Shown here piece after piece: positions 25,948 to 32,000 of a DNA stretch of 32,000 bases. Position 1 is the first letter of the stretch. Every line of letters begins with the position of its first letter. The notes below the pieces were generated by a model that saw only the letters and a list, made by a program, of their open reading frames with translations, made no database searches and was not told the DNA's origin. The position numbers and the translations under genes are program-made. The stretch is from Candidatus Heimdallarchaeota archaeon B3_Heim (GTDB lineage Archaea > Asgardarchaeota > Heimdallarchaeia > Hodarchaeales > Hodarchaeaceae), in contig NJBF01000036.1 in NCBI GenBank assembly GCA_003144275.1, forward strand, positions 1 to 32,000. Direction: 5' to 3'.

Positions 25948-27081
25948 TTATTTCATCTTTTTATATATCTGTGAGGCTCTGTCTTTGTAGTGTTGTACTG
26001 CAGGTTGATCAAAGGGATTAGATCCCTTTAATTGACATAAACGAATCGTTACCGCCTGAAGAAAGCCTACACATTGAGCTGTTTCTGCTATCGTATCTTT
26101 TTCAAGTTCTATTTGAAAAACTGGACCTGGAAAGGTATCCGCTACAGCCCGAGAAGTAAGGTTCAAATGTTGACCAGCTGTCCCTTTAATTCCAGGAACC
26201 AATTTTCTTAAATTTTTTGGATAATCTTCTTCAGCAAGATCATTAATATAGTTATTACATAAGATACTTACAAGAAAAGAGTCATTAACGCCACCATACC
26301 ATCGTTGAAGATCGGAATGTGCACTACGAGGCATTATATGCAAAGATGTGTCAAGAGTATCAATCGAAGTTTTTGGTACAGATTCATTTAGGAGTTGTGT
26401 AAATAATATCCCTAATCCTTCAGTGAAATGGCCAGAGGGAAGAATTTTTGCCTTACTTATCCCCGATTGTTCCAGATTCCAAAATTTTATAGCTGTTTGT
26501 TCTGCTAAGGACCCTTTCTTAAAAAACTGTTTATAACTCTTTTTTAAATTAGATAAAAATTCTTCTGGATCAAGACCCATGGCAATCATTGGTACAATAC
26601 CAAGTTCGTTTTGAATAGCAAAGCGTCCAGAAATATCATGTGTTACAGAGACTATAGACCATCCGAACTGGTTCGCTACTTCTAATAATGCCCCACCATT
26701 CGTTACAACGAGAGATTCGTAATCTAAAAGATAGGGGATAAAACTAAGCACTTCATTTGTAGTTCCCGAGCGAGAGCAGTATATAACCCGGGTATTTTTC
26801 TTATCAGACTCTAGAAATGTTTTCAAAATGTAAGGATCAGGGACTTCCAAGTGAGTCGTTGGAACTGCAGCGTGTGCTTTGAACACTAAAGGTTGTACCT
26901 GAGATCCTCCGATACCAACGATTCCTAAATGCGAATAGTCACCCAAGACATTAGGAATTTTCTTTTTCAATTGTTTGGCTCGTGAGATAAATTCATCCAT
27001 TTTCTTGACAAAATCAGGAATAAGAAAGGAATCCATCTCATGGGGAAGTTCTGCAACCTTCTCTGGTATGGTGATTTTCAT
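25948..27081 (-). CDS. pgi: Glucose-6-phosphate isomerase (short, divergent bacterial-type Pgi)
   Basis: VGIGGS, SRSGTTNE, SGRF, QLLNES (Glu), HSDLQ (His) and NPFDQPAVQHYK (Lys). Confidence 0.82.
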   Translation of the reverse strand: MKITIPEKVAELPHEMDSFLIPDFVKKMDEFISRAKQLKKKIPNVLGDYSHLGIVGIGGSQVQPLVFKAHAAVPTTHLEVPDPYILKTFLESDKKNTRVIYCSRSGTTNEVLSFIPYLLDYESLVVTNGGALLEVANQFGWSIVSVTHDISGRFAIQNELGIVPMIAMGLDPEEFLSNLKKSYKQFFKKGSLAEQTAIKFWNLEQSGISKAKILPSGHFTEGLGILFTQLLNESVPKTSIDTLDTSLHIMPRSAHSDLQRWYGGVNDSFLVSILCNNYINDLAEEDYPKNLRKLVPGIKGTAGQHLNLTSRAVADTFPGPVFQIELEKDTIAETAQCVGFLQAVTIRLCQLKGSNPFDQPAVQHYKDRASQIYKKMK

Positions 27082-27178
27082 GATTATTCACTTTAATTCT
27101 TTGAAGAGAAATTAGTGATTTTATCATTTTGCCTAATATAAGAGTCAATTCGTAATGAAGTGAAAATCTAGAATTTTT

Positions 27179-27736
27179 TTATTGAGGAATTTGCCTTCTT
27201 TTAATTAATTCTTTCACTATAATAACAACAGAGACCATTGAAATACCTATAATCGTTATAATTAGTAATAATTTGATTAAATCCTCGGTAGGATCAATGA
27301 AAGATGATTCATATGAATAACCTGCATTTTTCCAGGCATTAAACCCTTCTAGCATATTATAAACCAAAGTATAGTTTAAATCTATCAATGAATTTGATGC
27401 AATCACCGATCTTGATCCTGACCTACAATACACCAGAAGGGGTTGAGTTTTATTTTCTGGGAGTTTGTTTTGTCTAAAAGCTATTTCCTCATGCGGGATT
27501 AAGTGAGCATAAGTTATATGACCAATTGCATATTCTTCTTTAGTTCGCACATCCAAGATATATAGACTACTCATATTATCTATTAAATTGTAGGCTTCAG
27601 AAACCGAGATATCATTGTAGCTATTGATTGTCTTGGCCTGAGTTTCCAATTCATTAGCCGATGAATATGGGGAAATGAGAAGGAGTATCACGAGCGAACA
27701 AAGGGATGATTTTTTTTGCGATTTTTTCACACTCAT
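27179..27736 (-). CDS. Exported, C-terminally anchored rhodanese-domain protein
   Basis: Signal-like N-terminus, LDVRTKEEY..GHI, active-site loop CRSGSR, NMLEGFNAW, C-terminal TM helix plus KRR. Confidence 0.88.
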   Translation of the reverse strand: MSVKKSQKKSSLCSLVILLLISPYSSANELETQAKTINSYNDISVSEAYNLIDNMSSLYILDVRTKEEYAIGHITYAHLIPHEEIAFRQNKLPENKTQPLLVYCRSGSRSVIASNSLIDLNYTLVYNMLEGFNAWKNAGYSYESSFIDPTEDLIKLLLIITIIGISMVSVVIIVKELIKRRQIPQ

Positions 27737-27818
27737 TAGTACTCAAAAATCAAGTCTGAATTATTAAACAAGACGAAACATCAGACATTTAATATGAATA
27801 AATAGATTTTTCCTTATG

Positions 27819-28124
27819 CTATCCATCTAAATTTAATTTTATAGCATCTTCAGGACAAATCTCTACACATCGATTGCAATTATAACATTCCCCTTTTTTA
27901 CTATTAGATGCTGCTTCTTGAGTTGGACAAATTTTTTCACAAAGTCCACACTCGGTACAATCTTCAGTCCGTTGATATGTGTTCTTAGCAAATCGACTTA
28001 AAAGATCTGACCCTGCTCCAAATGGGTCTTTAAAAGTGTTGAATAGTCCTGCTGGAAATGTTACCGCTTCATCGTAAAAAAAAAAGCAATCCCAGTGAGA
28101 AATAAGTCTAAAAGAAAAACTAGA
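27819..28124 (-). pseudogene. Start-less remnant of a 4Fe-4S-binding (NapH/MauN-like) protein, absent from the ORF track
   Basis: Open frame encodes PFGAGSDLLSRF...CTECGLCEKICP...CYNCNRCVEICPEDAI. There is no ATG/GTG/TTG in frame; a T10 run lies at 28076-28085. Confidence 0.8.
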
Positions 28125-28127
28125 TTA

Positions 28128-28880
28128 TTAGCTACTAGATTGATATCTGTGACGCCAAATTCCGAAGCTTTGGAACAGAAAACATGCCAATAGACTATAG
28201 ACAACTAGTTTCTGCATGCTTACTCTTATCAACAGGTCTTCATAAGTCACTATCTTGGGAATCAGAAAAAACAACCCGCCATAAGCTAGAACTATCAATA
28301 TAAGTATTAGATATGTGATGGTATATACTTTTGAAAATTTCTGATCTCTTATTGTCAGTATAAGTAATATGCCTAATACTATTGAGACAAGTGTGAATCC
28401 AGTCACCACTAATGAATCGTGAATAATTGTTACTAAGTTTGCGGGGGTGAAAGCAATCCCGATAAAAGCAATTGCTGCAACAGTCCCAATTTTTGCCACT
28501 ATCTTACTCAATTTTTGCTCTTCTTCTGTAGAATTAAAAATTTCTGGAATAAATCGAAAGTAGCTAAGAAAGGTAAGCCCCAATCCCACAAGAGCTACAA
28601 TAAACAAGATTACAGATATTAAATTCCCCTTCCCTGAGTACGCCACAGTCCTACCTAAATCACTAAAGAAATTAGTAAAAAAACTATATCCCTGAGCTGT
28701 TTCATCAATTCTTGTACCACCTGTATAGAAAATCATGGCTATAAAGGTTAAAATAATAAATTGAAGCGTTCCTATAAACACTAGGGGAAGCGTATGTTCT
28801 TTTTTGAGATACAACTTTCTACCTCTTGTGTAGCGTTTGCCTAAAGTCTTTTTTATATAATTGGAATGGGTAAACACCAA
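28128..28880 (-). CDS. Hypothetical polytopic membrane protein (DUF998-like)
   Basis: About six TM segments; GYSFFTNFFSDLG motif and a TM His (IIHD). Confidence 0.72.
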   Translation of the reverse strand: MVFTHSNYIKKTLGKRYTRGRKLYLKKEHTLPLVFIGTLQFIILTFIAMIFYTGGTRIDETAQGYSFFTNFFSDLGRTVAYSGKGNLISVILFIVALVGLGLTFLSYFRFIPEIFNSTEEEQKLSKIVAKIGTVAAIAFIGIAFTPANLVTIIHDSLVVTGFTLVSIVLGILLILTIRDQKFSKVYTITYLILILIVLAYGGLFFLIPKIVTYEDLLIRVSMQKLVVYSLLACFLFQSFGIWRHRYQSSS

Positions 28881-28947
28881 CAGATTAAATTGTATATTAC
28901 TATCTCACATATTCTCCAAGACAACCTAGCTCTAAAATCTTACTGAA

Positions 28948-29766
28948 ATGTACTCTAATAGAAATTATGGAAATTTACTAATGGTTGGTAGATGGTTAGA
29001 AACTGATTTCATTGATACTCATTATAATCTCGCTTTAGAGCAAGCAATTCTATATCTTCAGCCTCACAATGAATTTTCTGCAACAGTTAGGTTCTGGACT
29101 AATCCAAAAGCTGTTATTCTGGGACGAAGTCAACAGATTGAGGAGGAAATAAACATTGCATATTGCTCGGAGAACAATATTATAACTGGGCGACGTATTT
29201 CTGGAGGAGGTACTGTTTTCCTTGATTCAGGTACTCTAAACATATCCATTTTCCTCCCAAGAAGACTATTATTTCCTAGGGCCCGACATACCAGATCTAT
29301 ATCGAAATATTTTTCGGAACGTATTGTTGAGTGTCTAGAAGCTGAATTGGGTATAAATAAATTTGTTATTTACCAAGATACGTCAATTCTGTTCAATCAA
29401 AAGAAAATATCAGGTTCAGCAGGATATTTCCGTAGTTCTTGGTTCCTACACCACTTAACTCTTCTCCTTCAGACGAATTTATCTCATTTGGATCAGGCTC
29501 TTCTGGCAGGAAAAGAACAATATAGCAGTAAGAGACCTAGTAGTTTTTTCCCTACGGCGAATTTACCTCCTTTGTCAAAAACTAAATTGATAAAGAGATT
29601 TATCAAACAGTTAGAGGAAGAATTCTCTCATGCTTTTAATAAATACCCGATTACTGAGTCAGAAAAAAATCTAGCAAGACGTTTGACAAATAAAATGTAT
29701 TCGCAGAGCTCATGGATTTGGGACAAAAAAAGGGGATTGATAGAACAGGAATTTTCTTCTTCGTAA
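28948..29766 (+). CDS. lplA: Lipoate-protein ligase A, catalytic domain only
   Basis: NLALEQA, RFW.N...ILGRSQ, RRISGGGTVF.D.G.LN and KKISGSA. Confidence 0.9.
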   Translation: MYSNRNYGNLLMVGRWLETDFIDTHYNLALEQAILYLQPHNEFSATVRFWTNPKAVILGRSQQIEEEINIAYCSENNIITGRRISGGGTVFLDSGTLNISIFLPRRLLFPRARHTRSISKYFSERIVECLEAELGINKFVIYQDTSILFNQKKISGSAGYFRSSWFLHHLTLLLQTNLSHLDQALLAGKEQYSSKRPSSFFPTANLPPLSKTKLIKRFIKQLEEEFSHAFNKYPITESEKNLARRLTNKMYSQSSWIWDKKRGLIEQEFSSS

Positions 29767-29774
29767 TTTACATC

Positions 29775-31202
29775 TCATTTTTTCGCTTTAACAAGTGTCA
29801 CTTGATGAATGGCCTTATTAAGAGCCGCATCAGCAGCTTCCATAATCATTTCAGGTAACGTAGGATGAGGATGAACGGTAAGGCTTAAATCTTCAACGGT
29901 TGCACCCATTTCAAGAGCTAATGCGACTTCAGAAATGAGATCTGACGCATCAGGGCCAATGATTTGAACTCCTAATAATTGATTTGTGGTTTTATCAGCA
30001 ATCACTTTAACATAACCATCTTCAGCTAAGTGTGTCATCGCTCTTGCTGATGTTCCAAAAGCGGCTCTACCTGTAATAACATCAAAACCAGCTTGTTTGG
30101 CTTGTGTTTCAGATAATCCTGCGTACGATACTTCAGGTTCTGTAAAAATTGCTATAGGTATTGTCTGAAAATCACTTTCAGAGGGTAAGCCAGCAATAAC
30201 TTCAGCAGCGACGATTCCTTGTTTTGTAGCACGATGAGCTAAAAATGGGGGACCTGTACAATCACCAACGGCATACACTCCTGAGGTAGAAGTTTGTTGT
30301 TTTTCATTGACGATTAGATAACCCTTCTCATCTAATTGAATATTGAGTACTGAAAGATCAAGATCTTCAGTTTGAGCCTTTTTACCTATTGCAAGAAGTA
30401 TTTTATCTGCAGATAATTCTTGAGCTCCTTTCTTTGTTTTGATCTTGATATTAATTTTACCATTCTTCTTAACTGTATAATCTGTCGCCACAGTTGAAGT
30501 ATAAATTGTGATCCCAAGCTGTTTTGCCTTCATACCTAACAAACGTTTGATAGGAGTATCGACTCCAGGCAGAATTTCAGGAAGCAATTCAATAATACTC
30601 ACAGAAGTTCCAAGTTTAGCAAACAACGTTCCTAATTCGATACCGATCACTCCTCCACCTATAATAGCTAATTCTTGAGGAACCTCCTTAAGTGATAATA
30701 ATCCCTTGGCACTCAAGATTGCCTGTTCATCTATTTTAAATTTTGGGAGCGAGATAAACGCCGATCCAGTAGCAAGTATTGCATCTTTGTATTTTATACA
30801 GATTTGAGATTCATCTTCTAGTATAACCTTTACTATTCCAGGTGTTTCGAAATGTGCAGTCCCTTTAATAGTAGTTACACCATTCCCCTTTAACAATTGT
30901 TTGATTCCTTTTATCAGCTTATTTTGAATTCCCATTTTCCATTCTTGGAGAATTGAAAAATCTAATTTCGCTCCTTCTACAGTGATACCCATTTTCGGGG
31001 CATCATGGCTGATTTTGTGAAAGAACGAAGCAGCCGAAATTAATGCTTTACTTGGAATACAGCCCCAATTCAAACATTCTCCACCAATGAACCCTTTTTC
31101 AACAAGAATAACCTTCATCCCCATTTGGGCAGCACGAATGGCTGCTGGATACCCTCCTGGGCCCGCACCAATGACTAAAACCTCTGTTTCCTTAGTTTCC
31201 AT
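29775..31202 (-). CDS. lpdA: Dihydrolipoyl dehydrogenase (E3)
   Basis: IGAGPGGY, GGECLNWGCIPSK, GGGVIG.E...IIE (NAD type) and HPHPTLPE. Start directly abuts the E2 stop. Confidence 0.95.
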   Translation of the reverse strand: METKETEVLVIGAGPGGYPAAIRAAQMGMKVILVEKGFIGGECLNWGCIPSKALISAASFFHKISHDAPKMGITVEGAKLDFSILQEWKMGIQNKLIKGIKQLLKGNGVTTIKGTAHFETPGIVKVILEDESQICIKYKDAILATGSAFISLPKFKIDEQAILSAKGLLSLKEVPQELAIIGGGVIGIELGTLFAKLGTSVSIIELLPEILPGVDTPIKRLLGMKAKQLGITIYTSTVATDYTVKKNGKINIKIKTKKGAQELSADKILLAIGKKAQTEDLDLSVLNIQLDEKGYLIVNEKQQTSTSGVYAVGDCTGPPFLAHRATKQGIVAAEVIAGLPSESDFQTIPIAIFTEPEVSYAGLSETQAKQAGFDVITGRAAFGTSARAMTHLAEDGYVKVIADKTTNQLLGVQIIGPDASDLISEVALALEMGATVEDLSLTVHPHPTLPEMIMEAADAALNKAIHQVTLVKAKK

Positions 31203-32000
31203 TTAAAATTCCTCATTAAGTAATAATAACGCTGGATTTTCCATATATCTAGTTAATTCATTTGTAAACATCGCTCCAACCGCCCCGTCAATTACTCTAT
31301 GATCAATGGTTAAAGAAAGCATCATTACACGACGAATAGCGATTTCTGGGCTTCCATTTTGTTCAATCACAACTGGTCGTAGCTTACTACGCATTAAACC
31401 AAGAATTGCTACTTCAGGCCATTTAATAATTGGTGTAGCTGCAAAACCACCGATATTCCCGATAGATGTAACAGTAAATGTCCCTCCAGTCACTTCTTCA
31501 AGAGTTAATACCCCCTGACGTGCCTTTTCTGCCAGTTCCACGATTTCTTGGGATATTTCCCAGAAACTTTTTTGATCTGCATTTTTAATAACAGGCACTA
31601 CCAACCCATCATCAGTACTTACGGCAATTCCAATGTTAATCGATCCTTTCAGAATTATCTCCCTTTGCTCGTCATCTAGTGAAGAGTTAAAAAATGGGAA
31701 CTTGCGCAATGCGGGAATTAAGCATTTGATAACCAACGGAATGTAACTCAATTTAACCCCGTATTTTTCTCCAAGAGGCTTGGCTTCTTGACGTATCGCT
31801 TCCAACGCCGTTATATCGACTTCTTCAAAATATGTATAATGAGCTGCGGTATCCTTAGATTTTCGCATTGCTTTCGATATGTTTCGACGCAATCCTCGTA
31901 ATGGAATTCTTTGGTCCTCTTTAGATACATGAAGACTTTTAGTCTTCGATGATGGTATACCAGATGAATTTTTATCGACATAAGAATTAAAATTCTCTCT
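31203..32000 (-). CDS. 2-oxoacid dehydrogenase E2 (dihydrolipoamide acyltransferase), C-terminal part; truncated by the window edge
   Basis: Frame is open from 32000. Motifs IPLRGLRR, NIGIAV.T..GL.VPV, GGTFT.TSIG and DHRVIDGA. Substrate specificity cannot be determined. Confidence 0.93.
   Translation of the reverse strand, partial: RENFNSYVDKNSSGIPSSKTKSLHVSKEDQRIPLRGLRRNISKAMRKSKDTAAHYTYFEEVDITALEAIRQEAKPLGEKYGVKLSYIPLVIKCLIPALRKFPFFNSSLDDEQREIILKGSINIGIAVSTDDGLVVPVIKNADQKSFWEISQEIVELAEKARQGVLTLEEVTGGTFTVTSIGNIGGFAATPIIKWPEVAILGLMRSKLRPVVIEQNGSPEIAIRRVMMLSLTIDHRVIDGAVGAMFTNELTRYMENPALLLLNEEF

Noticed and set aside
26801-26810. Third copy of TTATCAGACT
   Set aside because: Inside pgi and lacks the TGATGA half; expected by chance in AT-rich DNA.
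28125-28130. Read-through fusion of the 250-aa membrane gene to the in-frame ferredoxin remnant
   Set aside because: Two consecutive TAA codons separate them, which is typical of a real gene end.
487-31518. Short ORF-track entries antisense to or overlapping confident genes (e.g. 487-678, 1709-1954, 2183-2497, 4903-5346, 5422-5787, 12923-13252, 18883-19242, 26348-26536, 31306-31518)
   Set aside because: Shadow frames of well-supported CDSs with no recognisable motifs.
1-32000. CRISPR arrays, tRNA/rRNA genes, transposases, terminal inverted repeats
   Set aside because: No regularly spaced repeats, cloverleafs, rRNA signatures or transposase motifs were found by eye; tRNAscan-SE/Infernal would be needed to exclude small RNAs formally.

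Overview
AT-rich, gene-dense window from an archaeal chromosome. It is probably an Asgard archaeon of the Heimdallarchaeia type, which I infer from an Arf-like small GTPase, a longin-like protein and a PGF-type C-terminal sorting signal; no database search was run. From left to right: (1) a coupled pair of a cobalamin-binding radical SAM enzyme and a pre-ATP-grasp/ATP-grasp ligase; (2) a membrane-anchored DOMON protein, a TSUP exporter and an NADPH-type flavoprotein disulfide reductase; (3) a divergent sugar-oxidation cluster (6-phosphogluconate dehydrogenase, cyclase-family hydrolase, glucose dehydrogenase, GH63-like glucosidase, GH13 amylase); (4) a candidate heme-b membrane protein and a PaaI thioesterase; (5) an unannotated, densely hairpinned non-coding segment at about 15.9-16.2 kb; (6) a VOC protein, nadA, SRPBCC, an Arf-like GTPase fused to a winged helix, TIGR04076, isochorismatase-like, DUF1801, longin-like, PNPOx-like/MarR, LRR and GNAT genes; (7) a short Pgi, an exported rhodanese and a start-less 2x[4Fe-4S] remnant missed by the ORF track; (8) lplA, lpdA and the 3' part of a 2-oxoacid dehydrogenase E2 gene. 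I could not recognise any rRNA, tRNA, CRISPR array or transposase. Family calls rest on motif recognition by eye and hairpins were paired by hand.
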